In this document: positions 1 to 11,390 of the stretch, piece after piece
Layout: each line of letters opens with the position of its first letter
Position numbering within the stretch: the first letter of the stretch is position 1
Source: Bacilli bacterium
GTDB lineage: Bacteria > Bacillota_I > Bacilli_A > RFN20 > CAG-826
Reading direction: 5' to 3'
DNA: 64,000 nucleotides
Assembly (NCBI GenBank): GCA_045117995.1
Contig: JBGUOH010000009.1
Span: 64,276 to 128,275 of the forward strand
Made by a program: the position numbers and the translations under genes
Notes under the pieces: model-generated
Told to the model about the DNA's origin: nothing
The model's database searches: none
Seen by the model: the letters and a program-made list of their open reading frames with translations, nothing else

Positions 1-85
1 AACTCATATGGCACGTGTACGCCAGAAAGCATTAATTTTCGACCAGCGACTAGTCTATGTATATCGCTTGAAAAACCAACTCTCA

Positions 86-1198
86 TTATTTCTTCACATT
101 AAAACGGAAGAACATGATATCACCGTCTTTTGGATAATACCCTTTACCTTCAGTTCTAATCTTTCCCGCTTCTTTAACAGCGTGTTCGCTTCCAAGTTCT
201 TTGATTGCGTCGTATGGATATACTTCCGCACAAATGAAACCTTTTTGGAAATCAGTATGAATCACACCAGCACATTCAGGCGCTGACATGTTGTTTTTAA
301 ATGTCCAGGCACGGCATTCATCCGCACCGACTGTAAAGAATGTTGATAAGTTTAATAACTTATATGTGGCTTTGATAACTTTTTCTAAGCCAGATTCTGA
401 AACATTCAATTCTGCTAAGTATTCTTTTCTTTCGCTTTCGCTTAATTCTGATAAATCACTTTCAATTTGTGCAGAAACAGGAATGACTTGATTGCCTTCC
501 TTAGTAGCGTAATCTAAAACGTCTTGATAGAACTTGCAGTTATCTAAATCTAAAAGATCATTTTCACCAACATTAGCAACATAGATAATTGGCTTATCTG
601 TGAGTAAATGATAGTTCACTTTGCAATACGCAATTTGATCTTCGGTTAATTTTGCTTTTCTAGCTGGTTGTCCTTGTTCGAGAACTTCCTTTAAAGGCTT
701 CAATAAGCCCATTTCGTAAATCGCTTCTTTGTCTTTAGCGATTCTTGCTTTCGCTTCACTCTTTTCGATACGTTTATCAACAGTATCCAAATCCGCCATA
801 ACGAGTTCTAAATTGATGATTTCAATATCTCTGATTGGATCGACAGACTCTTCAACGTGAACGATATCAGCGTTTTCAAAGCAACGCACAACTTCCACAA
901 TAGCGTCACATTCACGAATGTTGGCTAAGAATTTGTTTCCTAAGCCTTCACCATTGGAAGCACCTTTGACTAAACCAGCAATATCAGTGAATTCAACTGT
1001 CGCTGGAATCTTTCTTTCAGGTTTAAAAATATCGGTTAAAAAATCTAATCTTTCATCAGGAACGTTAACGACACCGGTATTTGGATTAATTGTTGCGAAT
1101 GGATAGTTGGCGGCTTCAACGTGAGAATTAGTAATTGCGTTAAAAAGCGTAGACTTTCCCACATTTGGTAAACCAACAATGCCTGCTTTTAATCCCAT
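86..1198 (-). CDS. ychF: Ribosome-binding ATPase YchF (Obg-family GTPase)
   Basis: Full-length 370 aa ORF. N-terminal P-loop [23 protein letters not shown] and C-terminal TGS-like domain are typical of YchF. Confidence 0.92.
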   Translation of the reverse strand: MGLKAGIVGLPNVGKSTLFNAITNSHVEAANYPFATINPNTGVVNVPDERLDFLTDIFKPERKIPATVEFTDIAGLVKGASNGEGLGNKFLANIRECDAIVEVVRCFENADIVHVEESVDPIRDIEIINLELVMADLDTVDKRIEKSEAKARIAKDKEAIYEMGLLKPLKEVLEQGQPARKAKLTEDQIAYCKVNYHLLTDKPIIYVANVGENDLLDLDNCKFYQDVLDYATKEGNQVIPVSAQIESDLSELSESERKEYLAELNVSESGLEKVIKATYKLLNLSTFFTVGADECRAWTFKNNMSAPECAGVIHTDFQKGFICAEVYPYDAIKELGSEHAVKEAGKIRTEGKGYYPKDGDIMFFRFNVKK

Positions 1199-1276
1199 AA
1201 TAGTGTTTTCCTCTTCTAATGCGCTACCTATTATAAGGGAAAAATCTAAAATTCACAAAACAAAATAAAATTTGTT

Positions 1277-4084
1277 TTATTGTTTAAGGGCATCTATGGG
1301 ATTAATTTTATTAATTCTTCTGCTCATAATTGAACTCGAAATAAGAGCGATACTAAGAGACAAAATGAGCATTGGAAGAAAGGCAATTGGGTTGAATGAA
1401 AAATGGAAGCTCATCGATAGAGCGTTGCCCACTTCAAAATTAGCCACAATTGAAAACAAGAAGAGTTCCACACTGGCAACCGCAAAGGAAACAAAGCATT
1501 GAATTAGCGAATGGTAATATAGGAACTTTTTACTCTCTTTCTTGTTAACACCTAGACACCTCGCCAACGCTATTTCTTTCTTTCCTTCTAAAATATAGAG
1601 ATAGTTGCAAATCGTTAATAAAAGCATTGATATCAAAGTGGCTACAAATGAGAAAATAATGAGGACAACTGTGATATAAAAACACACTGTATCTACACTA
1701 TCATTGATGTCGGAAAGAGGGTTAACAACATTATAGTCAGGAAAGCCCTTTTTAAATAGTTCAATACTCTTATTAATTTGTTTAGATTCTTTAAGTGAAA
1801 ATGCCATTGAAGTGGTCTGAAGTTCAAAAGCGCTAATGCCAATTTTGCATTGATAAAAGAGCCTAGTCCAATTCTTGCCATGGTAAATCATATTCTTATT
1901 TGAAGAAGTAATTCCCACAACTTTTAAAGGCACAACAGCGTAATCACTAATTAGACTTCCATTATTAGTCATTACTTCTTTTCTAGGCGTGGTTATGAAG
2001 ATTGTTTCTCCTATTTCTTGGATATTGCATTCCCTAGCAAAAGCTTCTGAGACCACTATTTCATCTAAAGTCTCTGGATTAGTGCCTTTTTGCAAGGTTT
2101 TTTCATCAAAAACTCCAAATTGAATTCCGTTTTGCAGACTTTTTGCGTAATTTCCACTTAAAACGCCTTTTGGTAATTCTTCTTCAAAAAAGCCATCTTT
2201 ATGCTTAGTTGTAGCTTTATCCACTATCTCGTAAATTTGATCTTCATTTTTAGAAAAGTACATCGTTTTGGCAAAACCCATCATCAGTGTTTCTGGATAG
2301 ATAAGATAACCACTGCCATTACCAAAAACAGGTGTTGAAAGGTTACTGTCATTTTTCATGAAATAATCAAGATACCAATTTGGGATATGGGCTAATGTAT
2401 TTGTGAAAACTAGAATGCGATCTCTATCTTCCATTTTCTTTTCATAGTAAAGCCATGGATAATAATTCTCATCCGCGATTTCAAAGATATATTTATCCAT
2501 TTCTTTTTCGTTTAATAATAGGTTAAGCAGTTTATCTCTATTTTCTTTAACCTTGAGATAGTACATTTTTTTCATAACCCAAGGCTCATAATCCTTAGTT
2601 GTAACTGCGTCATTAGAGGGAAATCTCATCCTTTCTTCAAACATATATTCATTCCACAAATGATTGCTGTGATAGATTTTAAGATCACTATCTAATATGA
2701 ATCCTCTAACCGTTAAAAGCTGTTGGTCACTATATTCCCAATCATCATTTCTGAAGTCGAAGAATACCTGCAAATCATGGTTTTCAATATAATCGCTTAA
2801 CGATGAAACTGTTCTTTCTATTTGAAGATCAAAGCATAAATCTCTTAATCCTGAATAATTTAAAGAAAGTATTATTTCATCATCATCTAGTTCCTCTATT
2901 GGATTTGGGTAAACGGTCGAATCAATATCTTCTATCCATTCGTATTCATTAATATGTCGTGCACTGAAGCCTGGTATTTCACAATATGTATATCCTCTGA
3001 CCATTGCTAAGTTGTTTCTATCTTTAAAGAACTTCTCAAAATCGCAGTAATAAGTAGCTCCTATATCTTTGATATATTCTGGATAAGTATTTCTAATATC
3101 ATTGACCTCATAATAGTTAGCGGCGTATCTCCCTTGAACTGAACTATTCTTATCTTTAAGGCTAACAATCATGGCGTTATCATCCACTACTTCGCGATAA
3201 GCTTGTTTGATGTTATCTGCGATCGTGGAAGATAAAGCAAAGGCTAGACCAATACCAATTAGTCCCAAAGATGTCATTGTATAGCAAAGTCCTGTTCTTA
3301 GTTTCTTTTGCTTCATAGTGTGAAACGTGTGGTTCACTAGAAATGAATCTGGAATCTTTCCTTTTGAATTAGGAACACCATTATTGAGAACTGATAAATG
3401 CGTATTATCGCTTTGATATTCAGATTGCTTGGTTATTGAAGCAATGCTTCCGTTATCCATTTCAATTATTTCATCAGCGTAACCTTTGGTTAGTTCTTGA
3501 TCGTGAGAAACGATAATCACGAGAGATTTCTTCGAAATCTTTTTAATGATTTTCATTATTTCTATGCCGTTTTGTTCATCTAATGCTCCTGTTGGTTCGT
3601 CTGCAAGAATAATGGATGGATCATTAATTAAAGCGCGAGCGATAGCCACTCTTTGTTTTTCACCACCACTTAGTTTATTAACAATTTGTTTTTCTTTACC
3701 TGCTAGACCCACAAGAGTTAAAAGGTCTCTACATTTCCTTAGCTTTTGTTCTTTCTTCATTGAATAGAGGGTTTCTAAAGGAAACAAAAGATTAGACATT
3801 ACTGTTTCGGTTTCAAATAGTTTGAAATCTTGGAATATAAAACCATAAGTAGAAAGCCTTAACTGACTGAGGTCATTATCATTAAGGTTTTCAATACTAC
3901 GATGATTGACTTGTATAGAACCTATGAAACTGATTAGTCCCGCAATACAGTTTAATAGAGTGGTCTTACCTGAACCTGATGGTCCATAAATAACTGAAAT
4001 GCCTTTCTCAGGGAATTCATAGTTAATGTTGTTTAAGACAATTCTTGAATCGTATTTCTTAGTGACATTAGATAGCTTAATCAT
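1277..4084 (-). CDS. Fused ABC transporter ATP-binding/permease protein (MacB-like: N-terminal NBD, large extracytoplasmic domain, C-terminal FtsX 4-TM domain)
   Basis: 935 aa. Walker [13 protein letters not shown] and signature [15 protein letters not shown], then one TM, a ~500 aa extracellular domain, and FtsX-like helices at the C-terminus. 8-nt overlap with the upstream paralog suggests translational coupling. Confidence 0.8.
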   Translation of the reverse strand: MIKLSNVTKKYDSRIVLNNINYEFPEKGISVIYGPSGSGKTTLLNCIAGLISFIGSIQVNHRSIENLNDNDLSQLRLSTYGFIFQDFKLFETETVMSNLLFPLETLYSMKKEQKLRKCRDLLTLVGLAGKEKQIVNKLSGGEKQRVAIARALINDPSIILADEPTGALDEQNGIEIMKIIKKISKKSLVIIVSHDQELTKGYADEIIEMDNGSIASITKQSEYQSDNTHLSVLNNGVPNSKGKIPDSFLVNHTFHTMKQKKLRTGLCYTMTSLGLIGIGLAFALSSTIADNIKQAYREVVDDNAMIVSLKDKNSSVQGRYAANYYEVNDIRNTYPEYIKDIGATYYCDFEKFFKDRNNLAMVRGYTYCEIPGFSARHINEYEWIEDIDSTVYPNPIEELDDDEIILSLNYSGLRDLCFDLQIERTVSSLSDYIENHDLQVFFDFRNDDWEYSDQQLLTVRGFILDSDLKIYHSNHLWNEYMFEERMRFPSNDAVTTKDYEPWVMKKMYYLKVKENRDKLLNLLLNEKEMDKYIFEIADENYYPWLYYEKKMEDRDRILVFTNTLAHIPNWYLDYFMKNDSNLSTPVFGNGSGYLIYPETLMMGFAKTMYFSKNEDQIYEIVDKATTKHKDGFFEEELPKGVLSGNYAKSLQNGIQFGVFDEKTLQKGTNPETLDEIVVSEAFARECNIQEIGETIFITTPRKEVMTNNGSLISDYAVVPLKVVGITSSNKNMIYHGKNWTRLFYQCKIGISAFELQTTSMAFSLKESKQINKSIELFKKGFPDYNVVNPLSDINDSVDTVCFYITVVLIIFSFVATLISMLLLTICNYLYILEGKKEIALARCLGVNKKESKKFLYYHSLIQCFVSFAVASVELFLFSIVANFEVGNALSMSFHFSFNPIAFLPMLILSLSIALISSSIMSRRINKINPIDALKQ

Positions 4085-6185
4085 TGGATTGTAATTCCTC
4101 CTTTAAAGAGATTCTTTTGGAAAAGACAATTGGTAGATATGTAGCAAGCGAACAAACAAAAAGCGCTCCAACGATAATTAGTAATGGGAACAAGAATGAA
4201 TGGCCTCTAAATGACTTAAAAGGAATATCAACAATATCAATAAGGGATGTGAAGTGTTCAATTAGTTGATTTAAGGGATTTTGGATTAATGCACTTATTA
4301 AGAAAGAAATAGAAACACCAATAATGCCTAATAAGAAATTCTCAAATATATAAAGTGCAGTTATTTCATCTCTTCTAGCGCCTAAGCAAAGTAATATCGC
4401 GGAATCTTTAACATCTTCACTATAAGAGGCATATGAGATGATGCCTATTATCAAAATTGTTCCTATTAAAGCGATGGCAAGGAATACTTCCATACCCACA
4501 CTTGCAGCGTCTACAAGTTGAAATAATGTTTCTTCAATTGTTATCGCGTTACTATTAAGACTAAATCCTTCTTTTAGACTATTTTTAAGTTTCTTTAATC
4601 GATCCACGTGGTCGCTATTTTTAAGAAATACCTTATGAGAGTAATTTGAGATAAATTCATTGTTGGAAGCGGTCATTACCCTTTCTTTCCACGATATTTC
4701 GCCCATATAGTCAGATAGATTATTCATGATTGTTTCTGACATGTATTTATCCATTGCCTCGTAGGAGTAATAGATTTTTGGGGTATTTAAGAATGAGAGT
4801 TCGTCCACTACACCAACTATTTCCACTAATCGGTCGTAGACAAAATAATCAATGATATACGGTTTATCCGTATCTTCCGTGTAATAAGTAACTGTGCTGC
4901 TATCTTTTAAACGTATAAATGTATGAAGTGGATCGGCTTTTGTTTCTTTCTTTAGATAGTTATAAGCAGTCTTATTAATCACTACCTGGGCTAAGGTATC
5001 AACTATAGGTAATTTACCTTTAATTAATAAACTCTTATCAACAGATTGATCACAAAAAGAGTAGACAGGTGCATATGTTAAGCCGTTTATTTCCTCTTCA
5101 TTGATGTACATATCTAATGCAGGGGAAACGAGTGAATCATATGAATAACAATAATATAAGAAATCATAATCTCCTCTTAATTCATTTATTTCTTCTTCAC
5201 TAGCTCTTAAGGTTTGAATGAGAGTGATTGGAGAATCATCGCTTTTAATTTGTTTTTCTTTGCTAATAGAAGCCACTCCATAATCAAACTGTTTCATCGC
5301 TGACTTTTCTATTGAGCGATGCGCTCCGTCAGAAAAGCCAAATATCAACATACTTGCAGTTATACCTATGGCCAAAGAAGCAATTGAAAAGATGTTTCTC
5401 TTAAACCTTTTAGCGAAGTTATTAGCGATTATCCTGTTATACCAATTTGGGTTACTCTTTTTATCTATTTCAGGTTCTTTCTTTTTATTATCTGTTTCAT
5501 TAATTCTTTCAACGTCCACTACTCGTCCATCTCTCATAGAGATAATACGGTCGCTATATCGTCTAGCTAGTTCTTCATTATGAGTAACCATGATTACTAA
5601 TGCTGATCTACTAGCGTTCTTTAAAGATTCCATAACCAATACCGCATTATCTTTATCCAGAGCTCCAGTGGGTTCATCCGCTAAGATCAGTCGGGGATTA
5701 TTAATGAAACAACGCATAATAGCGATTCTTTCTTTTTCTCCACCTGATAGCTTTGAACATTTCTTATCCAAAAGATCTTTGCTAATAGAAAAGCTATCAA
5801 TCAGTGATAGTACCTTCTTCTTCGCAATGGCCAGACTATCACCGTTTAACAAAGCGGGTAACATGATGTTATATAAAGCAGTTTGTCTTTCTAGTAAGTG
5901 ATAATGTTGGAAGATATAATTCACAGTTCTTTTACGGTAATTGACTAGTTCTTTTTCCTTGAACTTAGAGATATCTTCTCCATTAAAAAATATTTTTCCT
6001 TCACTAGGATTATCGAGTTTACCAATGAGATTTAATAAAGTTGATTTGCCACATCCAGATTTACCAAGAACACTAACTAGGCCAGTGGATGGAAAGGCTA
6101 AAGTAATGTCTTCCAAGACATACTTTTTCTCATTTTTATCAACAGGATATGACTTTGAAATTTGTTTGAGCACTAATAGAGACAT
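4077..6185 (-). CDS. Fused ABC transporter ATP-binding/permease protein (MacB-like), paralog of the downstream gene
   Basis: 702 aa. Walker A GKSGCGKSTLLN and signature LSGGEKERIAIMRCF, then a TM, an extracytoplasmic domain and a C-terminal FtsX-type permease. Same architecture as the 1277-4084 gene. Confidence 0.8.
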   Translation of the reverse strand: MSLLVLKQISKSYPVDKNEKKYVLEDITLAFPSTGLVSVLGKSGCGKSTLLNLIGKLDNPSEGKIFFNGEDISKFKEKELVNYRKRTVNYIFQHYHLLERQTALYNIMLPALLNGDSLAIAKKKVLSLIDSFSISKDLLDKKCSKLSGGEKERIAIMRCFINNPRLILADEPTGALDKDNAVLVMESLKNASRSALVIMVTHNEELARRYSDRIISMRDGRVVDVERINETDNKKKEPEIDKKSNPNWYNRIIANNFAKRFKRNIFSIASLAIGITASMLIFGFSDGAHRSIEKSAMKQFDYGVASISKEKQIKSDDSPITLIQTLRASEEEINELRGDYDFLYYCYSYDSLVSPALDMYINEEEINGLTYAPVYSFCDQSVDKSLLIKGKLPIVDTLAQVVINKTAYNYLKKETKADPLHTFIRLKDSSTVTYYTEDTDKPYIIDYFVYDRLVEIVGVVDELSFLNTPKIYYSYEAMDKYMSETIMNNLSDYMGEISWKERVMTASNNEFISNYSHKVFLKNSDHVDRLKKLKNSLKEGFSLNSNAITIEETLFQLVDAASVGMEVFLAIALIGTILIIGIISYASYSEDVKDSAILLCLGARRDEITALYIFENFLLGIIGVSISFLISALIQNPLNQLIEHFTSLIDIVDIPFKSFRGHSFLFPLLIIVGALFVCSLATYLPIVFSKRISLKEELQSND

Positions 6186-6189
6186 AAAA

Positions 6190-6222
6190 AACTCCCTCTA
6201 CTTAATAAATAGGGGGAGATTT
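6190..6222 (-). terminator. Intrinsic terminator/attenuator hairpin (CUCCCCCUA...UAGAGGGAG + U6) whose 3' arm contains the Shine-Dalgarno of the ABC gene starting at 6185
   Basis: On the minus strand a 9-bp stem with one mismatch is followed by UUUUUU and then the ATG. The AGGGAG SD lies inside the stem. It is placed directly after the fhs stop. Confidence 0.55.
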
Positions 6223-6243
6223 TCAAATTTTTCCGAAAAAGTT

Positions 6244-7872
6244 TTAGTGATCGAGTTTTTGATCGTATGGAACATCTTCCATTTTGACCGCTGCTGGAAC
6301 CTTTGGAAGGCCTGGCATTGTCATAATCGCACCGGTTAATGGAACGATGAAGTTAGCGCCAGCAGATAATCTTACTTCACGGATAGTAACTGTGAAGCCT
6401 TTTGGAGCGCCTAAGACTTTTGGATCATCAGTTAATGATTGTGGTGTCTTAGCGATACAAATTGGAGTTTTATCAAAGCCTAACTTTGTGTAATCTTCGA
6501 TTTGTTTATTCGCGGCATCGGTATAAACCACTTCACCCGCACCATAGATTTCTTTACAGATGATTTCAATCTTATCTTTGATTGGAAGTTTTTCATCATA
6601 TAAAGGATGATAATGTGATTCTTTATTGTTGAGGATGTTCATCACTGCTTTAGCAAGTTCAACACCACCTTTACCACCATCAGCGAATGCTGAGCAGTAA
6701 GCGTGTTCATAACCATTTTCTTCGCACCATTTGCTTAACCAAGCTGTTTCAGCTTCGGTATCGCTGGCAAAGTGGTTAATGCAAACAACTGCTGGAACAC
6801 CATATTTTTCAACGTTTTCAATGTGTTTCTTTAAGTTACAAACGCCATTCTTAAGAGCTTCAACGTTTTCATTAGCGAGTTCTTCAAATGGTTGACCGCC
6901 ATGCATCTTGAGCGCTCTAATTGTGGCGACCACAACAACGGCGTCTGGTTTCAAACCCGCAACACGGCATTTAATGTCTAAGAATTTTTCTGCACCAAGG
7001 TCAGCACCGAAGCCTGCCTCTGTAACCACGACTGGGGCTAACTTAAGAGCCATCTTTGTGGCGATAATGGAGTTACAACCATGAGCAATGTTGGCGAATG
7101 GTCCACCATGGATAATTGCAGGATTGCCTTCTAATGTTTGAACGAGGTTTGGATTAAGCGCGGTAATCATGAGTTTCATGATAGCGTGGCTAATTCTTAA
7201 TTGTCTTAAGAAGACTGGCTTTTCATCATAGCTATACGCCACAATGATGTTATTGATTCTATTCATGAAATCATCGACATCCTTAGATAAGCAGAGAATC
7301 GCCATTAATTCACTAGCGACTGTAATAACGAATTCTTCTTGTCTTGGAGCGCATTTTGTTTCGCCTTCAGAAACAGTAACTTTTCTTAAGGCTCTATCGT
7401 TCATATCAAGGGCTCTCTTCCAGAGAACTCTTTCAGGATTAATATTTAATTCATTGCCTTGCCAGATGGAGTTATCAATACAAGCAGCGATTAAGTTAAT
7501 AGAACTTGTTAAGGCGTGCATATCACCTGTGAAGTGCAAGTTGATGTCTTCACTTGGAACCACTAAGGCTTTACCACCACCAGTAGCGCCACCTTTAATA
7601 CCAAAAACAGGGCCTAAAGAAGGTTCTCTTAAACAAACTAATGAAGGAACACCAATATAGCGTAAGCCATCATGTAAACCGATTGAGGTGGTTGTTTTGC
7701 CTTCACCAGCTTTAGTTGGTGTAATTGCGGTAACTAAAACTAATTTACCGTTTGGACGATCTTTTAATTCGTCCATAATCTTCAATGAGATTTTGGCCTT
7801 ATCATAACCAAAAGGAATAAGGTATTTCTCATCAACATTAATCATTTTTGCTACATCGAAAATGTTTCCCAT
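6244..7872 (-). CDS. fhs: Formate--tetrahydrofolate ligase
   Basis: 542 aa. TKAGEGKTTTSIGL nucleotide-binding motif, and conserved Fhs blocks along the full length. Confidence 0.93.
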   Translation of the reverse strand: MGNIFDVAKMINVDEKYLIPFGYDKAKISLKIMDELKDRPNGKLVLVTAITPTKAGEGKTTTSIGLHDGLRYIGVPSLVCLREPSLGPVFGIKGGATGGGKALVVPSEDINLHFTGDMHALTSSINLIAACIDNSIWQGNELNINPERVLWKRALDMNDRALRKVTVSEGETKCAPRQEEFVITVASELMAILCLSKDVDDFMNRINNIIVAYSYDEKPVFLRQLRISHAIMKLMITALNPNLVQTLEGNPAIIHGGPFANIAHGCNSIIATKMALKLAPVVVTEAGFGADLGAEKFLDIKCRVAGLKPDAVVVVATIRALKMHGGQPFEELANENVEALKNGVCNLKKHIENVEKYGVPAVVCINHFASDTEAETAWLSKWCEENGYEHAYCSAFADGGKGGVELAKAVMNILNNKESHYHPLYDEKLPIKDKIEIICKEIYGAGEVVYTDAANKQIEDYTKLGFDKTPICIAKTPQSLTDDPKVLGAPKGFTVTIREVRLSAGANFIVPLTGAIMTMPGLPKVPAAVKMEDVPYDQKLDH

Positions 7873-7944
7873 AAAAATAGAACCTCTCTTTATTTCATTT
7901 GTCCTTTATTATGCCATTCAAAATATATTTTGCAATATTTATTT

Positions 7945-8829
7945 CTAGCGTTCATTTTTAGCCTCTTTTAATAACTCTTCTTTAGAAGCAAATTCCTGAC
8001 ATGGTAATTGATGCTTAAAGAAGGTTACTTGCCTTTTAGCGTAGTTTCTTGTTCTCTTTTTAATTAGCTCTTTGCATTCTTCTAAAGTGCATTTGTTATC
8101 TAAGTAATCGAGAACTTCTTTATAGCCAATAGCCGCTTTCGCGGTTAAGGATAAATCGTATTTTTTAAGCAATCCTTTAACTTCATCTAATAAGCCCATA
8201 TCAAACATTTGGTCGACACGTGTATTAATATTCGCATATAATTGCTCTCTATTTGGATTGATGAAGAGGAACTTCACTTCTTCATCTTTGAAGAACAAAG
8301 CATGCTCTTGTTTATCAATATTCTCTGACTTATTAGTGGCGTGAGTTCTAGCGATCTGAAGCGCTCTTATGACTCTTTTACGGTTATTCACATGAATTGT
8401 CTCAGTGGCCTTGATGTCCACTGCTTTTAACATTTCATACAATTCTTCATTGCTTAAATTTTCTAAATCAGAAATATCCGCTTCTTCTTCATCTTCAAAA
8501 ACGTAATCGTATAAAGCCGCTCTAATGTAAAGGCCAGTACCACCACAAACGATAATGGTTGGATATTTCTTTTTAAGTTCGAGATAAGTCTTTCTAAAGT
8601 CTTCTTGGTATTCCTTAACGGAATAGGTTTGATTTGGTTTAACAATATCCAAAAGATAGTGTTTCTTATAATCTTCACTATTCTTATCAACTTTTGCGGT
8701 GCCGATATCCATTTCTTGATAGATTTGAAAAGCATCCCCATTGATAATGGGAGCGTTATAGAATTCCGCTAAAGTTAAAGCGAGAGATGTTTTACCAGAT
8801 CCTGTAGGACCAACTATCACTATTAGCAT
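7945..8829 (-). CDS. miaA: tRNA dimethylallyltransferase
   Basis: 294 aa. N-terminal P-loop IVGPTGSGKT, and the MiaA fold throughout. Confidence 0.9.
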   Translation of the reverse strand: MLIVIVGPTGSGKTSLALTLAEFYNAPIINGDAFQIYQEMDIGTAKVDKNSEDYKKHYLLDIVKPNQTYSVKEYQEDFRKTYLELKKKYPTIIVCGGTGLYIRAALYDYVFEDEEEADISDLENLSNEELYEMLKAVDIKATETIHVNNRKRVIRALQIARTHATNKSENIDKQEHALFFKDEEVKFLFINPNREQLYANINTRVDQMFDMGLLDEVKGLLKKYDLSLTAKAAIGYKEVLDYLDNKCTLEECKELIKKRTRNYAKRQVTFFKHQLPCQEFASKEELLKEAKNER

Positions 8830-8867
8830 GTGTTAATTATAACAAAAAAATGCGATTTCATTCGCAT

Positions 8868-9158
8868 TTATTTAACAATAGTTTGGATTGTTTTAAGTAG
8901 TTCATATAAAGCGTCTTTACTCGCTTCATAGTTAACCACGATTGGATGGTTATCATAAAGAGCTTTTAAATTGTTAGCTTCTTGGATTTTTCCTTTAGCT
9001 CTCAAATTAGCGATATTGTGCTTTAACTCTATCACGTCTTCGCTCTTTTCGAATTGGTCTTTGTTTTTAAGAAACTCTTTCATCTCGGGAGTTTCATCAA
9101 TCAAAGCCTTTAATTCTTGAGCCTTTTCAATCACTTTATCCATTGACGATTTCCCCAA
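8868..9158 (-). CDS. YlbF/YmcA (RicA)-like small regulatory protein
   Basis: 96 aa helical protein with a Com_YlbF-like pattern. It sits immediately downstream of miaB, as ymcB-ymcA do in B. subtilis. The start may be the internal Met at 9143. Confidence 0.5.
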   Translation of the reverse strand: MGKSSMDKVIEKAQELKALIDETPEMKEFLKNKDQFEKSEDVIELKHNIANLRAKGKIQEANNLKALYDNHPIVVNYEASKDALYELLKTIQTIVK

Positions 9159-10575
9159 TCATGGAGTAAGTATGGGATTCACTGATTTTGACTTTAACGA
9201 TTTTACCAATCATTGATTCATCACCTTTGAAGTGAACGAGTTTATTTTCTTCTGTGTAACCAGAGTACATATCTTTATCGTTCTTACTCACGCCGTCCAC
9301 AAGAACATCGAATGTCTTACCCACCATAGTTTTACTATGTTCTTCAATATGAACTTCTAAATGTTTAACGAGTTCCATGAATCTCGCTGATTTTGTTTCT
9401 TTGGAAACATTATCTTCAATCTTCGCTGCAGGTGTACCTTTTCTTGGTGAATAGATGAAGGTAAATGCTGCTTCGTATTTGATTTCATCAACGATACTTA
9501 ATGTATCTAAGAATTCTTCATCAGTTTCATTTGGGAAGCCCACGATAATATCAGTGGATAACGCTAAACCTGGAATCTTTTCACGCATTTCTTTAACTAA
9601 GGCGAGATAAGTTTCTCTAGTATATCTTCTACCCATCGCCTTTAAAACACGGTCATTGCCGGATTGAACAGGAAGATGGATAAACTTCATGATATTTGGA
9701 TATTTAGCGATCACATCAATCATCTTTGAGGAGAAATCCCATGGGTGAGATGTCGTAAATCTTAAACGTGGAATGTCTAATTTAGCGACTGCCTCTAATA
9801 AGTCAGCGAAGTCTTTACCTTCGTCTAAATCTTTACCATACGCATTAACGTTTTGGCCTAATAGAGTAATCTCTTGATAGCCATTATCGATTAATTGTTG
9901 GCATTCTTTTAAGACATCTTCAAAGTGTCTACTTCTTTCTCTACCTCTGGTATAAGGAACGATGCAGTAGGTACAGAACTTATCACAGCCATACATAACG
10001 TTAACATAAGCTTTATATGTGTTATTACGGCAGGCTGGAGCGATTTCAATAACTTCACCTGGTTTACTTTCAATAGCCACCACTCTTTCTTTTGTGGTTC
10101 TTACATCATAAACAAGGGAATATAATTCAGCGATTTCGTGGGTACCAAAGTATAAGTTAACTTCTTTAAATGTTTCCATTAGCTTATTCAAGATTTCTGG
10201 TTGTTCCACCATACAGCCACAGATGGCTAAAACGAGATCTTTATTCTTTTGTCTAAGGCGTTTTAAGTTACCAATTTCACCATAGACTTTATCTTCAGCG
10301 TTTTCTCTTACTGCGCATGTATTAATAATGATTAAAGTTGCTTCTTCTGGTTTATCGGTTTGAATATAACCAACATCCTCTAATAAGCCACGCATTGTTT
10401 CTTCGTCTCTGACGTTAGCTTGGCAGCCATAAGTATGGATATAATACTTTTCGCCTTTGACGAGTTGTTCTAATTGTTCTTTCTTATCAAAAGAAGCAGG
10501 CATGAAAACAGTGGCTTCTTTTTTACGAGAGGCCGCTTTTAGCATGTTTGGAGTGTTAATAATTTTTGTTTTCAT
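9136..10575 (-). CDS. miaB: tRNA-2-methylthio-N6-dimethylallyladenosine synthase (radical SAM methylthiotransferase, MiaB family)
   Basis: 479 aa. UPF0004 N-domain (YIHTYGCQANVRDEE), radical-SAM CxxxCxxC (CDKFCTYC), and a C-terminal TRAM domain. Confidence 0.82.
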   Translation of the reverse strand: MKTKIINTPNMLKAASRKKEATVFMPASFDKKEQLEQLVKGEKYYIHTYGCQANVRDEETMRGLLEDVGYIQTDKPEEATLIIINTCAVRENAEDKVYGEIGNLKRLRQKNKDLVLAICGCMVEQPEILNKLMETFKEVNLYFGTHEIAELYSLVYDVRTTKERVVAIESKPGEVIEIAPACRNNTYKAYVNVMYGCDKFCTYCIVPYTRGRERSRHFEDVLKECQQLIDNGYQEITLLGQNVNAYGKDLDEGKDFADLLEAVAKLDIPRLRFTTSHPWDFSSKMIDVIAKYPNIMKFIHLPVQSGNDRVLKAMGRRYTRETYLALVKEMREKIPGLALSTDIIVGFPNETDEEFLDTLSIVDEIKYEAAFTFIYSPRKGTPAAKIEDNVSKETKSARFMELVKHLEVHIEEHSKTMVGKTFDVLVDGVSKNDKDMYSGYTEENKLVHFKGDESMIGKIVKVKISESHTYSMIGEIVNG

Positions 10576-10576
10576 A

Positions 10577-11362
10577 CTACTTTTCTAAATAATAAATTGG
10601 GAAGATTTGATTGGCAAGTCCAGTGATATCATCGATATCAAGAACGACCGCAGAGAAAACTCCTCTACCTTCATCAGGAACTTGGAATTTACTTTGTTGT
10701 CCGTAGACAATCTTATTGACCACAGTTTCCGCAGTAGAGCCTAATACACCATCCGCAAAACCAGTCATACCAACATCAGAGATGAAAGCTGTACCTTTAG
10801 GTAAGACATGAGCGTCACAAGTTTGGACGTGTGTATGTGTACCAAGAACTGCGGATACTTTACCGTCTAAGGCAAAGGCAAGGGACTGCTTTTCTCCTGT
10901 TGCTTCAGCGTGGAAATCAACGATATGGATGGTTGCTGGTTCTTCTTCATCACTTAGCAAGTTAAGGATGGAATAATAAGGCGCATTGACCTCTTCATTC
11001 ATAAAGGCGCTACCTAATAGGTTAGTGACTCTAATGGACACACCATTGACTTCAAATACCACACTACCTTCACCAGGAAATTCCTTGAGCAAGTTATATG
11101 GTCTAATTAAACGATCTACTTGATTGATATAACGGAGTATTTCGCTTTTACTCATATAGTGGTTACCAAGAGTAATCGCATCCACACCTGCATCAAGAAG
11201 TTCAAAGTATTGATTTCTTGTTAAGCCTTTACCATGCGAAGCATTCTCGCCATTGGCAATAACAAAATCAATCTCGTATTTGTCTACATAATAAGGAATT
11301 CTTTCCTTAAGCATGCGGCGGCCTACACGACCGACCACATCACCGATAAATAAGATCTTCAA
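10577..11362 (-). CDS. ymdB: YmdB-family metallophosphoesterase (2',3'-cyclic-nucleotide phosphodiesterase)
   Basis: 261 aa. MKILFIGDVVGRVGRR and GNHY metallophosphatase motifs. It lies immediately downstream of rny, as in B. subtilis. Confidence 0.88.
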   Translation of the reverse strand: MKILFIGDVVGRVGRRMLKERIPYYVDKYEIDFVIANGENASHGKGLTRNQYFELLDAGVDAITLGNHYMSKSEILRYINQVDRLIRPYNLLKEFPGEGSVVFEVNGVSIRVTNLLGSAFMNEEVNAPYYSILNLLSDEEEPATIHIVDFHAEATGEKQSLAFALDGKVSAVLGTHTHVQTCDAHVLPKGTAFISDVGMTGFADGVLGSTAETVVNKIVYGQQSKFQVPDEGRGVFSAVVLDIDDITGLANQIFPIYYLEK

Positions 11363-11390
11363 TTTATTTTCTTTCTATGAAATAGGGCTA

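Noticed and set aside
5368-6339. Several 70-130 aa plus-strand ORFs inside the ABC transporter genes and fhs
   Set aside because: They are antisense to strongly supported genes, with no RBS or domain signal. They are chance ORFs.
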